Origin: Clostridia bacterium
Lineage (GTDB): Bacteria; Bacillota; Clostridia; Oscillospirales; Acutalibacteraceae
Assembly (NCBI GenBank): GCA_017556785.1
Contig: JAFYMD010000106.1
Location: forward strand, 1 to 35,217
DNA: 35,217 nucleotides
Direction: 5' to 3'
The translations under genes were made by a program, and so were the position numbers. Below, piece by piece: positions 1-8,595 of this stretch. The notes beneath the pieces were generated by a model. That model had not been told where the DNA came from, searched no databases, and saw only the letters and a list, made by a program, of their open reading frames with translations. Positions within the stretch are counted from its first letter, which is position 1. The number at the start of each line of letters is the position of its first letter.

Positions 1-289
1 GATCATCCCATTTGTCCTCGTCTGGTTGCAAACGCCCCTGCACCACCGCCAAATAGACTTTCTGCATCTTGCCGTTTTGCACCTGCTTCGACAACGCAGC
101 CGCAGCCGATTTGGTTTTTGCGTAAACCATAACACCACCGGTTTCTTTGTCCAACCGATGCACGGGATATAGGATCGGGCACGCCAACTGTTCTTGTAAC
201 AACGCGGGTAACTCGTGCTCCGATTCCACCCCTTGCGGCTTCACGCAAACCACATATTCATCCGTTTCTTTTATTACTGTCAACTTCAT
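1..289 (-). CDS. RluA-family pseudouridine synthase; only the N-terminal 96 codons are present because the gene continues past the left edge
   Basis: Hand translation of the minus strand from ATG 289-287 gives MKLTVIKETDEYVVCVKPQGVESEHELPALLQEQLACPILYPVHRLDKETGGVMVYAKTKSAAAALSKQVQNGKMQKVYLAVVQGRLQPDEDKWDD. The frame is open to position 1. HRLDKETGG matches the catalytic-Asp HRLDxxTSG motif of RluA-type synthases. It is absent from the ORF track because it has no stop codon in the window. Its ATG directly abuts the TAA (292-290) of the upstream MATE gene. Confidence 0.75.
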   Translation of the reverse strand, partial: MKLTVIKETDEYVVCVKPQGVESEHELPALLQEQLACPILYPVHRLDKETGGVMVYAKTKSAAAALSKQVQNGKMQKVYLAVVQGRLQPDEDKWDD

Positions 290-1633
290 TTAAAAATCCA
301 ACCGTTTCAGCACCGTCCGCAAGAAGAACAGACACATGCAAAGCGATAAAATCTCGGCAATGGGAAATGCCCACCAAATATGATTGACGTTACCGCTGAG
401 AGAAAGCAAATAGGCGGCAGGTACCAGCACCACCAACTGACGACCAATGGAAACAAACATGCTGTAAAAGCTTTTGCCCACTGCTTGACACACACTGCAA
501 ATAACAATGGACACGCCGGCAAATACAAAGCAAAGAGAAATGATGCGGAACGCAGGTTCGCCAACCGTTAAATCGGTTTTAAATAGGTTGAGCAGTTGGT
601 CGGGAAAAAGCTGGAACACCAACAAGCCGACCGCCATAATGGAAGTAGCATACACAACGCTTAGTTTAATTGTTTTAATGATACGATCGCGCTTCTTTGC
701 TCCCAAATTATATGCTATAATCGGAACCATTCCGTTGTTCAGACCGAAAATAGGCATAAACACGAAACTTTGCAATTTAAAATACACGCTAAACACCGCA
801 ACGCCGATCCCATTTGCCAACGGACGTAAAATGTTGTTTAACGAAAAGGTCATGACCGAGCCGATGGCCGACATAATAATCGACGGCACCCCAATTAACA
901 AAATATGACCCAAAAGACGAAAATCGGGAATCAAATTGTGTATTTTCAAATGCAGATCGGGATTCCGTTTTATATTGCACAACAAGCCAACGACACCTGC
1001 CACCATTTGTCCTATAACGGTAGCATATGCCGCACCTTTTATACCAAATTCAGGGCATCCCAACCAGCCTTCGATCATAATCGGGTCCAAAATAATATTG
1101 GTAATCGCCCCTGCTCCCTGCGTAACCATAGACAGCATGGTACGTCCGGTAGATTGCAACAATCGTTCCATAATCACCTGCATAAACAAACCGATGGAAA
1201 GCACACAGCATATTTGCAAATAGTCTTCTGCAAAGCCAATCACATTGGCTTGATTGGACTGGGCGCGAACAATGGGCGACGTTCCGAAAATACCAACAAG
1301 CAAAAACAGCACGTAGCAGGCAAATGCCAACACAATCCCCTGCATACCGATTTTGTCGGCTTTGGCTTGATTTTTTTCTCCCAGCGAGCGGGAAAGCAAG
1401 GCATTTACCCCCACCCCGGTGCCAACCGCCACCGCGATCATCAGATTCTGTACCGGAAACGCCAATCCCAAAGCAGAGGTCCCCACGTCACCGGCATACC
1501 GTGCCACAAAAAACGTGTCCACTACGTTGTACAAAGCTTGTACCAGCATAGAGATCATAATGGGAACAGACATATTTAAAAGCAATTTGTTTTCGGGCCA
1601 AGTGCCCATTTTATTTTCTTTTACGGCTGTCAA
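290..1633 (-). CDS. MATE family multidrug/oligosaccharidyl-lipid type efflux transporter
   Basis: The track ORF is 290-1654. The protein is polytopic and hydrophobic. Its N-terminal block ENKMGTWPENKLLLNMSVPIMISMLVQALYNVVDTFFV is typical of MatE proteins. I place the start at TTG 1633-1631 for two reasons. AGAAGGTGA (minus strand, 1649-1641) lies 7 nt upstream of it. The predicted promoter would start transcription near 1659, too close to the track TTG at 1654. ATG at 1609 is an alternative start. Confidence 0.9.
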   Translation of the reverse strand: MTAVKENKMGTWPENKLLLNMSVPIMISMLVQALYNVVDTFFVARYAGDVGTSALGLAFPVQNLMIAVAVGTGVGVNALLSRSLGEKNQAKADKIGMQGIVLAFACYVLFLLVGIFGTSPIVRAQSNQANVIGFAEDYLQICCVLSIGLFMQVIMERLLQSTGRTMLSMVTQGAGAITNIILDPIMIEGWLGCPEFGIKGAAYATVIGQMVAGVVGLLCNIKRNPDLHLKIHNLIPDFRLLGHILLIGVPSIIMSAIGSVMTFSLNNILRPLANGIGVAVFSVYFKLQSFVFMPIFGLNNGMVPIIAYNLGAKKRDRIIKTIKLSVVYATSIMAVGLLVFQLFPDQLLNLFKTDLTVGEPAFRIISLCFVFAGVSIVICSVCQAVGKSFYSMFVSIGRQLVVLVPAAYLLSLSGNVNHIWWAFPIAEILSLCMCLFFLRTVLKRLDF

Positions 1634-1665
1634 AACCAATTCACCTTCTTGCAAAAATACGATTT

Positions 1666-1694
1666 ATTATATCACAAACCATCCCTCTTGTAAA
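1666..1694 (-). promoter_or_regulatory. Putative sigma-A promoter of the MATE/pseudouridine synthase operon
   Basis: The minus strand reads TTTACA (1694-1689), a 17-nt spacer, then TATAAT (1671-1666). The -10 is preceded by TGa, giving an extended -10. Confidence 0.55.
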
Positions 1695-1726
1695 CCCGAG
1701 ATTTTACTCCCCCCAAAAAAATCAAG

Positions 1727-1755
1727 TGGATTTTTCACTACTGCTATGGTATAAT
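1727..1755 (+). promoter_or_regulatory. Putative promoter of the dockerin-metallophosphoesterase gene
   Basis: TGGATT (1727-1732), a 17-nt spacer, then TATAAT (1750-1755) with an extended TGg at 1747-1749. The -35 is weak. The RBS AGAGGAG precedes ATG 1808. Confidence 0.4.
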
Positions 1756-1807
1756 GAAATGGCACACGCAGGATGCCACAAGCAAGAAATCATAGAGGAG
1801 CAAAATC

Positions 1808-3163
1808 ATGAAGCGATTTTTGTCGATACTGCTGATTTTTAATTTTATAGTGACCATTTCCACCACCTCGCAAGCCATTCAAACACCCGCTTACATCTAC
1901 GGTGACGTAGACCGTGACGGCAAAGTTACCGCCGCCGATGCGCTTGTTACCCTACAAGTTGTGGTGGGAAAAACTTATTTGGAACGAGACGGTTACTATG
2001 CCGCCGACGTAACGGGCGATGTTTTTACCTTGGGGTATTTTGACCACACCGCCGAAGATGCCCTGCTCATTTTAAAATACGTTGTGGGCAAAATCAATCG
2101 TTTCCCTGCAGAAGATTTGGATCCCAACGCCCCCCCTGCCACGCCCGATTTCACCCCCGACGGGGTCTTAACGTCGGGGCAAGAGGTTGATTTTGTATTA
2201 GACATTCCCGAAGGGCGAAACATTAAAATTTTGCAACTGTGTGACCTGCAACCCACCTATCTGGAAGCGGGCGAGGTCACCCGCCACGGATACAGCGGTC
2301 CTTTTGGCGCCACCATGAGCCAAACGGTGTGGCCCTATGTGACCGAAGCAATCAACGCCACAACCCCCGACTTGATCGTATTGAGCGGTGACAACGTGGA
2401 GGGGGCTTTTGACGACACCGGCGCCGAATGGGAAGAACTCTGCGATATGATGGATTCTTACCAAATTCCATGGATGGTTCTGTTTGGCAATCACGACCGT
2501 GAAAGCATAGTCGGTACCACTTGGCAAAAAGCCATGTTAGCACAAAGCGAATATTGTCTGTTTGCCTCGGCTGATTGTACGGGGGATTCCAACTACACCG
2601 TAGTCCTTCGTCAAGGAGGCGAATACAAGTACGTTTTGTGGGCGCTGGACACCAACGGCACCAACGCCGCCTTGCTAAACGGAAATCCCCAAGCCGATTT
2701 AATTTGCACCGAATCGGGTCTGCAATCGGATCAGATCAACTGGATCAAAAACACCGCCTACGGCATTGAGTACGATTTGGGAAAACAGATTCCCTCGCTC
2801 ATGTTCATGCACATTTCTCCCGCTTGCGCTTCAACTGCGCTGAACAAATATTATCCCGAATATATGGAACTTCCCTTTACCCCCACCGAAGAGGGCGACT
2901 TTGGTATTACCACCGAAATTCCCGGGGGTTGGGGCAGCACCGATTTGGACAAAATCGCCGCCAACATGGGATGCAAAGGTATGTTTTTCGGGCATCAACA
3001 CCAAGTAGCTCTCAGCATTGTTCAAGATGAGATTCGCTATACGTGGGGGCTAAAAAGCAGTACCAATTCGTATTTGGATCGCACCATGGTCGGCAGTACG
3101 TTAATTACCATAGATCAAAACACAAACCAATTTGACGTAACCTATTTGTTCAGTCATTTGTGA
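1808..3163 (+). CDS. Secreted metallophosphoesterase (calcineurin-like) with an N-terminal dockerin module
   Basis: Signal peptide MKRFLSILLIFNFIVTISTTSQA. A dockerin pair follows: GDVDRDGKVTAADALVTLQVVVGK ... AADVTGD...TAEDALLILKYVVGKINRFP. Phosphoesterase motifs are LCDLQ (variant of DxH), LSGDNVEG (GDxx), FGNHD, FMHISP and FFGHQHQ (GHxH). Confidence 0.85.
   Translation: MKRFLSILLIFNFIVTISTTSQAIQTPAYIYGDVDRDGKVTAADALVTLQVVVGKTYLERDGYYAADVTGDVFTLGYFDHTAEDALLILKYVVGKINRFPAEDLDPNAPPATPDFTPDGVLTSGQEVDFVLDIPEGRNIKILQLCDLQPTYLEAGEVTRHGYSGPFGATMSQTVWPYVTEAINATTPDLIVLSGDNVEGAFDDTGAEWEELCDMMDSYQIPWMVLFGNHDRESIVGTTWQKAMLAQSEYCLFASADCTGDSNYTVVLRQGGEYKYVLWALDTNGTNAALLNGNPQADLICTESGLQSDQINWIKNTAYGIEYDLGKQIPSLMFMHISPACASTALNKYYPEYMELPFTPTEEGDFGITTEIPGGWGSTDLDKIAANMGCKGMFFGHQHQVALSIVQDEIRYTWGLKSSTNSYLDRTMVGSTLITIDQNTNQFDVTYLFSHL
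1898..2107 (+). other. Dockerin module (N-terminal position, second Ca-loop degenerate)
   Basis: Residues 31-100 of the 451-aa protein. The first repeat DVDRDGKVTAADAL is canonical. The second repeat is interrupted: DVTGDVFTLGYFDHTAEDAL. Confidence 0.75.
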
Positions 3164-3178
3164 TAACCAAAAAACAAA

Positions 3179-3220
3179 ACAGGCTTACCCGCCACTTACA
3201 ACGGGAAAGCCTGTTTTTTT
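3179..3220. terminator. Bidirectional rho-independent terminator between convergent genes
   Basis: ACAGGCTT (3179-3186) pairs with AAGCCTGT (3207-3214), with inner CCCG/CGGG pairs. It is followed by a T-run (3214-3220) on the plus strand and preceded by an A-rich run, which reads as a T-run on the minus strand. Confidence 0.75.
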
Positions 3221-3222
3221 CA

Positions 3223-5028
3223 TTAGGTTTGTAAACTTCTGAAGCGATAAAACTCGCCTTTTTGATCAACCAACTCTTGCCAGGTACCGTACTCAACGCA
3301 TACGCCGTCCTTGATGACCGCGATTTTGTCGGCATTTCGAATGGTAGAAAGGCGATGCGCCACAATAAAGGTAGTACGATCCTTTGCCAATTTGTCTATA
3401 GAATCTTGAATCAGTTTTTCCGAAACGGTATCCAGCGCGGAAGTGGCTTCGTCAAAAATGATCACCTTGGCATTTCGTATTACCGCACGAGCAATGGCAA
3501 TTCGTTGACGTTGCCCGCCCGACAGTTTGTCGCCGTGTTCCCCTACCATGGTACTCAATCCGTAGGGAAGTTTGTCGATCACTTCTTGCAAATTGGCTAT
3601 CCGAATCGCCTCTTGCAGTTGTTCTTCGGTGCATTCTTCCATACCAAAGGTAATATTATCACGAATCGTACCGGAAAAAAGCACCGACGTTTGCGGAACC
3701 GTGGCAATATGCGAACGGTAACTTTGCAAATCCAGTTCGGTCATGTCCTTGCCGTCGATCAGCACCTTGCCTTCGGTCGGCTGATAAAAACCGATTACCA
3801 TGTTCAGCACGGTGGATTTTCCCGAACCCGATTCCCCAACCAACGCAATGGTTTCTCCTTTGTGAACGGTTAAATTCAAGCCATTTAACACGGGATGCGG
3901 ATCATCGTGGTAATGGAAATGCACGTTTTGGAATTCGTAAACCCCTTCCAGCGTTTCCATTTTTTCTTTTCCTTTGTTGTCTTCCACGTCCATGGCCCAC
4001 ATAATGTCCCCTATGCTTCGTACCGATTCAAAACCACGGGTAATGATGGGAAGCAGGGCTATGACCGCCGTTACCTGCGCCACAATGGTGGCAAAGTAAG
4101 ATTGGTACATGGTAATGTCCCCAATGGGAATTTGTTTGGTGTAAGCAAGATACCCGGTAAACGCAAGACACACCAATTGGAAAAACTGAAACGTTACCCA
4201 ACAAATGGCACCGAATACCGCATTGATACGGTCCAAGGCGTGACCGCTGGTAGCCATGCGAAACAAATTTTGATTTAACCGAGTCAACGCAGTATTTTCC
4301 AACGCGTGGGCTTTGGTTACGGGAACCAACTCCACCATTTCCATTACTTGACCGGAAGTGTTTTCCACCTCGTGGCGATAGTCAGCATTCACCCGACGGA
4401 GTTTTTTGCTAAACGCCATCATAATAATCACCGCGACAGGCACCGAAACTAAAAAGAACACGAATACCACGGGACTGCGGGACAAGGTTACACACAACGC
4501 CACACCGCCGCTGTACAAAATAGAAACCGCCGTAGTAAACACGCTGGAGGTCATAGCCTCTATGTTTTCCACGTCGCGCATGATTTTGGACTGAATTTTA
4601 CCCGATTTCATTTCTTTGTGAAAGGTAATAGACAGTTGTTGCAGTTTGCGCGCCATAGATGCTCGCAAATTCAACTCTGCTCGGCGAATCGCCACGCTTC
4701 GATTTTTGGTGCACATAAAGGTAGACCACACGTTTTGCAAGATCAGTACCCCCAAAATCCCCGCATTGATCCAAAGATAGGTCAAGCTGTATTGCTCGGA
4801 ATAGGTAGCGGCATTGATAATGTTGGCGGTAATAATGGGCATAACAATAACCGGCGAATGTTGCAACAAATAAAAAAGCACCGATTTACACAACGACCAA
4901 TAGTTCCCCTTAAAAATCCGAAACAGGATTTTTACAGGGCTCTTACCGCACTCTAGAAAGGTGCGGTAAAAGGCTTCTTGGGTGTGTTCATCGGTTCTGA
5001 CTTGTTTGAAATCATTTTGTTTCATCAT
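3223..5028 (-). CDS. ABC transporter, fused permease/ATPase (type I exporter, MsbA/LmrA-like half-transporter)
   Basis: 601 aa. The N-terminal half has six hydrophobic segments. Walker A is GESGSGKST, the signature is LSGGQRQR, and Walker B is IIFDEATSALD. The H-loop is present (VAHRLST). The RBS AAGGGGG precedes ATG. Confidence 0.9.
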   Translation of the reverse strand: MMKQNDFKQVRTDEHTQEAFYRTFLECGKSPVKILFRIFKGNYWSLCKSVLFYLLQHSPVIVMPIITANIINAATYSEQYSLTYLWINAGILGVLILQNVWSTFMCTKNRSVAIRRAELNLRASMARKLQQLSITFHKEMKSGKIQSKIMRDVENIEAMTSSVFTTAVSILYSGGVALCVTLSRSPVVFVFFLVSVPVAVIIMMAFSKKLRRVNADYRHEVENTSGQVMEMVELVPVTKAHALENTALTRLNQNLFRMATSGHALDRINAVFGAICWVTFQFFQLVCLAFTGYLAYTKQIPIGDITMYQSYFATIVAQVTAVIALLPIITRGFESVRSIGDIMWAMDVEDNKGKEKMETLEGVYEFQNVHFHYHDDPHPVLNGLNLTVHKGETIALVGESGSGKSTVLNMVIGFYQPTEGKVLIDGKDMTELDLQSYRSHIATVPQTSVLFSGTIRDNITFGMEECTEEQLQEAIRIANLQEVIDKLPYGLSTMVGEHGDKLSGGQRQRIAIARAVIRNAKVIIFDEATSALDTVSEKLIQDSIDKLAKDRTTFIVAHRLSTIRNADKIAVIKDGVCVEYGTWQELVDQKGEFYRFRSLQT

Positions 5029-5093
5029 GATTTCCCCCTTAGCCGTTTAAAAAAACAAAACGGTGGCTTTGGTTGATGATTCACTTCGCTTTT

Positions 5094-5122
5094 TGTATAT
5101 CACACTATAAAGAAAAAGTCAA
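5094..5122 (-). promoter_or_regulatory. Putative promoter of the ABC exporter gene
   Basis: The minus strand reads TTGACT (5122-5117), a 17-nt spacer, then TATACA (5099-5094), preceded by TGa. The -35 lies inside one arm of the upstream terminator hairpin. Confidence 0.4.
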
Positions 5123-5151
5123 TGGTTTTGTAAAAAAACCATTGACTTTTT
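5111..5151 (-). terminator. Rho-independent terminator after the DUF4838-like gene
   Basis: A perfect 16-bp stem, AAAAGTCAATGGTTTT (5114-5129) with AAAACCATTGACTTTT (5135-5150), and a 5-nt loop. On the minus strand it is followed by TTTTTCTTTAT. Confidence 0.65.
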
Positions 5152-5167
5152 AAAAATGTATTTTGGG

Positions 5168-6790
5168 TTAAGCAAGTTCCGCCATTTTATCGGTCACAAA
5201 ATTGTCCACCGTGATTTTCCATTCTTCCACCCGCACCAAACCGCTCTTACGGGCTTGGTCGGCAAATTTGGCAAGCATGGCTTTGCGGTTTTCTTTGGTG
5301 TCGTACTTCAAACATACACCGGTGTAGTAAAGAGGTAGACGGGCGGTTTTAACACGGAACAAGGTTTCGGGGTCGGCTGCCACCGCTGTTTCGGCTTGAT
5401 CGAACAACTCGCTATACTGAAAGAACAGTTCTTCGGTCATAAAGGTTTCGGCGGCATCTTGGGGTTCGCCGAAAATATTTAAAAGACCGCCACCTGCTTC
5501 CATGGCATCGTGCATTACGTTGATATATTCCAAAATAAAGGGAGCGGCTTGTTTATAATACCCCTCTACAAATTCACGGATTACCTCATTTTCGTCCCGA
5601 TAAGGATCCCACATCATTTTGGCAAGCAAATAGCCCCGCAGTTCGCAGAATTCGCCCCCTTCTTCACGGTTGCATTGACTGAACAGCGAACGCACGTTGT
5701 TTTCTACGAAATAGCGAATGTTTTTCGGGATCACCCGCAGATTGGGGAAAGGATTCACCAAATTATGGAACTGAATGCAGTAATCCCACAAGAACAAATT
5801 CCCGCAGATTTCTTTCCAATCCAACATAGCTTGACGGTTGTTCACCGTACCGGGTTGCATACATTCCCCAAAGGGAGTGCCACGGTTGGATTCAATGTTG
5901 CACAACATGATTTGCACGTTGTCGGCAGGTTTCATGTGCTTGGGCGCTTTGGTGGAATATTGATATGCCAGCGTAGAAATAATTTTGTCGGGGAACTCGG
6001 CCGCCACCTTGTTAACAAAGGTAAGCAGAGAGCCCATGGGAGCTTCTTCACGGTCGTCCAACTTTTTGCACTCGTCGCACAAGCAATGGTAGCCGCTATC
6101 GTTGGAGCTCACCGACCAATATTTGGCTTGTGGCTTTTGATCCATGAATTTTTTCAGGTTTTTTACCGCAATGTCAAACACGTCGGGATTGGTGCAACAA
6201 ATTTGGGTGAATTCTTTTTGACGGCCGCCGTTAAAATAGGCAAAGTATTCGGGATGCTCGTCATAATATTCTTTCACCGGCACCAGTTTGTCAAAAGAGT
6301 GATCCCAAAATCCCCACTCGGCATGATCCCACATAGCGGTCATTTTGTGCTTTTCGGCAAAGGTTTTGTCCACAAATCCTTTATAATACACCTCGCGGTA
6401 TTGGAGGATTGGCTGAAATTCATAATCGTCAAACAAGACCGACAAATTGGCGTCAAAGGGGACGTATTCCACGTCTTTGGTGTAATAACGGCACCCTACG
6501 ATCCGTTCCAAGAAATCGTATACCGCATACACGGCGGCTTGCTCATTTTTGGCTTCAAAAATCAGATTTTTGCCGTTCAAGTGATAGGCAAAGCCGGCAT
6601 CACCATGATCGACCTCTACAAAAAATACAAAAGGACGCACGTCTTCTACCGGCGAAACCGCAAGACGGCCGCCTGTGATTTTTTCAATGTAATTCAAAAA
6701 AATGTCGGTGGCGCGGGCCCAATCATTTTTCATAACTACCGCATAGGGTTTTTTGTTTTCGGTAAACACAAAGGGAAGGATACTGCTCAT
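5168..6790 (-). CDS. DUF4838-like protein (putative glycoside hydrolase-related, GH20b-like N-terminus), cytoplasmic
   Basis: 540 aa with no signal peptide. Blocks such as HSFDKLVP, CTNPDV, WSVSSNDSGYHCLCDECKKL and LWDYCIQFHNLVNPFPNL...NVRSLFSQCN...GEFCELRGYLLAKMMWDP match my recollection of DUF4838 proteins. The RBS GAAAGGAG precedes ATG 6790. Confidence 0.65.
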   Translation of the reverse strand: MSSILPFVFTENKKPYAVVMKNDWARATDIFLNYIEKITGGRLAVSPVEDVRPFVFFVEVDHGDAGFAYHLNGKNLIFEAKNEQAAVYAVYDFLERIVGCRYYTKDVEYVPFDANLSVLFDDYEFQPILQYREVYYKGFVDKTFAEKHKMTAMWDHAEWGFWDHSFDKLVPVKEYYDEHPEYFAYFNGGRQKEFTQICCTNPDVFDIAVKNLKKFMDQKPQAKYWSVSSNDSGYHCLCDECKKLDDREEAPMGSLLTFVNKVAAEFPDKIISTLAYQYSTKAPKHMKPADNVQIMLCNIESNRGTPFGECMQPGTVNNRQAMLDWKEICGNLFLWDYCIQFHNLVNPFPNLRVIPKNIRYFVENNVRSLFSQCNREEGGEFCELRGYLLAKMMWDPYRDENEVIREFVEGYYKQAAPFILEYINVMHDAMEAGGGLLNIFGEPQDAAETFMTEELFFQYSELFDQAETAVAADPETLFRVKTARLPLYYTGVCLKYDTKENRKAMLAKFADQARKSGLVRVEEWKITVDNFVTDKMAELA

Positions 6791-6826
6791 AAGGGAAGAC
6801 TCCTTTCACATATAAACTACAGTTTT

Positions 6827-6855
6827 TTAATAACACATCTACCGCTTATTGTCAA
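6827..6855 (-). promoter_or_regulatory. Putative promoter of the DUF4838-like gene
   Basis: The minus strand reads TTGACA (6855-6850), a 17-nt spacer, then TATTAA (6832-6827), preceded by TGt (extended -10). Confidence 0.5.
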
Positions 6856-6861
6856 GAGGTT

Positions 6862-6921
6862 TAGCAAAAAAAGAATAAAGCAAAATCGCAACGGAAACCA
6901 TTTGGTTTTCATTGCGATTTT
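6862..6921 (-). terminator. Rho-independent terminator after the phosphomutase gene
   Basis: AAATCGCAA (6883-6891) pairs with TTGCGATTT (6912-6920). The inner stem is GGAAACCA/TGGTTTTC. On the minus strand the hairpin is followed by TTTGCTTTATTCTTTTTTT. Confidence 0.65.
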
Positions 6922-6930
6922 TATGCGTTA

Positions 6931-8595
6931 TCATGATGCTTGAACAATACCTTCTACGGTTTGTTGCAGGGTTTGGATCTTTTCTTTTGCGATCTGCTTG
7001 GTTTCACCATTGGCAAACAGATAAAATTTCAGTTTCGGCTCTGTGCCGGACGGACGAATGATCACCGAACATTCATCGTTTAGCTCAAATGCCAACACGT
7101 CGGATTTCGGCAAGCCGTCTACGCCGGCCAAATAATCGGTACGATTTCGTAGGTTAAACCCGCCAAACGAATCACCGACACGGCGCATAGAAACCATAAA
7201 ATCTTTCATTTTTTGCATTCCTACTTCCCCTTCAAAGGTAAAGGAAAGAAGGGAATTCAAACTATATCCGTAAGTATTGTAAATTTCGGCCAGTTTTTCG
7301 GCAAGGCTTACGCCGAGGGATCGATAAAAACCGCACATTTCGCAAATCAAAAGCGCCGCATTCACACCGTCCTTATCTCTTACGTGAGAGCCGCTTAAAT
7401 AGCCACAGCTTTCTTCAAAGCCAAAGAGATAGCGTTCCTTTTGTCCCGCTTGCTCCAATTCACCGATCTTCTCGCCAATAAACTTGAAACCGGTCAGCAC
7501 GTTTACCATCTCTACCCCATAGTTTGCGGCAATTTTTTCGGCAAGCAAAGTGGTTACAATGGTTTTTACACAAAGGGGATTTTGGGGCATGGTTCCCATT
7601 TCGGTTTTTCTGCGGCAAATATAATCAAACAGAAGAATGCCTACCTCGTTGCCCGTGAGCAATTGATAATCATTTCCTTGCTTTACGGCTACCCCTACGC
7701 GGTCGCAGTCGGGGTCGGTAGCAAGCAAAATTTCGGCATTGTGCTTCTTGGCGTAGGTTAGTCCCAATGCCATGGCTTCGGGCATTTCGGGATTGGGAAA
7801 CGGGCAGGTGGGGAAATTTCCGTCGTGCTCTGCCTGTTCGTTCACCACAATGATATTTTGATACCCGTTTCGCTTCAAAATATCGGTCACCGGCTCCATG
7901 CCTGTGCCGTTAAGAGGCGTATAAACCACCGAGATGGTTTTGTCGGTGTTCTCGGCAAGAGACAGCTCGGTTACCGAAGCAATGAATTTTTCATACACTT
8001 CTTCGGGAACTTCATGGATCTTCTCCCCTGCTTGTTCGGGCAAGGATTCAAAATAGCCGAGACGGGAAATTTCATGGTAAATTTCGTCCGCCGCTTTGGT
8101 GGTTATCTGACAACCGTCTGCCCCATACACCTTATAGCCGTTATAAACGGCAGGATTATGGGAAGCGGTTATCATAATCCCTGCGTTGCATCCCAACTCC
8201 CGAACCGCAAAAGAAAGGGTCGGGGTCGGAAGAGGACGGTTGAATAAAAATACCGTAATATTTTTGTTGCTTAACACCTTGGCCGCGGTTTCGGCAAACA
8301 GTTTGGATTTGATTCGTGTATCGTAACCAATGGCGACCTTTTTTTCGCCCGAACCGGTATTCGAAATAAAATTAGCAAGTCCCAAGGTGGCACGAGCAAC
8401 GGTATATACGTTCATGCGGTTGGTGCCCGCACCGATTTTGCCACGAAGTCCTCCGGTTCCAAACTCCAATTCTTTAAAAAACGCATCGTTGATTTTAGCT
8501 GAATCGTTTTTGATTGCCAACAGTTCTTCTTTTAAATCTGCATCGGCCAAGGCATTTTGGCACCATTCTTCAAACAAATTGTTGATATTTGCCAT
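6931..8595 (-). CDS. Alpha-D-phosphohexomutase (phosphoglucomutase/phosphomannomutase, PgcA-like)
   Basis: All four superfamily motifs are visible. They are the active-site Ser loop ITASHNP, the metal loop DPDCDR, the sugar loop GFEESCG and the phosphate loop RPSGTEP. I start it at ATG 8595 (MANINNLF) because GAGGAG lies 6 nt upstream. The track start at 8613 adds 6 codons without an RBS. Confidence 0.9.
   Translation of the reverse strand: MANINNLFEEWCQNALADADLKEELLAIKNDSAKINDAFFKELEFGTGGLRGKIGAGTNRMNVYTVARATLGLANFISNTGSGEKKVAIGYDTRIKSKLFAETAAKVLSNKNITVFLFNRPLPTPTLSFAVRELGCNAGIMITASHNPAVYNGYKVYGADGCQITTKAADEIYHEISRLGYFESLPEQAGEKIHEVPEEVYEKFIASVTELSLAENTDKTISVVYTPLNGTGMEPVTDILKRNGYQNIIVVNEQAEHDGNFPTCPFPNPEMPEAMALGLTYAKKHNAEILLATDPDCDRVGVAVKQGNDYQLLTGNEVGILLFDYICRRKTEMGTMPQNPLCVKTIVTTLLAEKIAANYGVEMVNVLTGFKFIGEKIGELEQAGQKERYLFGFEESCGYLSGSHVRDKDGVNAALLICEMCGFYRSLGVSLAEKLAEIYNTYGYSLNSLLSFTFEGEVGMQKMKDFMVSMRRVGDSFGGFNLRNRTDYLAGVDGLPKSDVLAFELNDECSVIIRPSGTEPKLKFYLFANGETKQIAKEKIQTLQQTVEGIVQAS

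Noticed and set aside
3-248. 81-aa minus-strand ORF from the track (MREAARGGIGARV...)
   Set aside because: Its composition is Arg/Gly-rich and low in complexity, and it has no RBS. A different minus-strand frame over the same bases encodes a recognisable RluA-type N-terminus with the HRLD motif.
5510-6943. 477-aa plus-strand ORF
   Set aside because: It lies antisense to the DUF4838-like gene and runs through an intergenic terminator into the mutase gene. The translation is rich in F/H/I/G/V, with no motifs and no RBS, so it is a shadow ORF.
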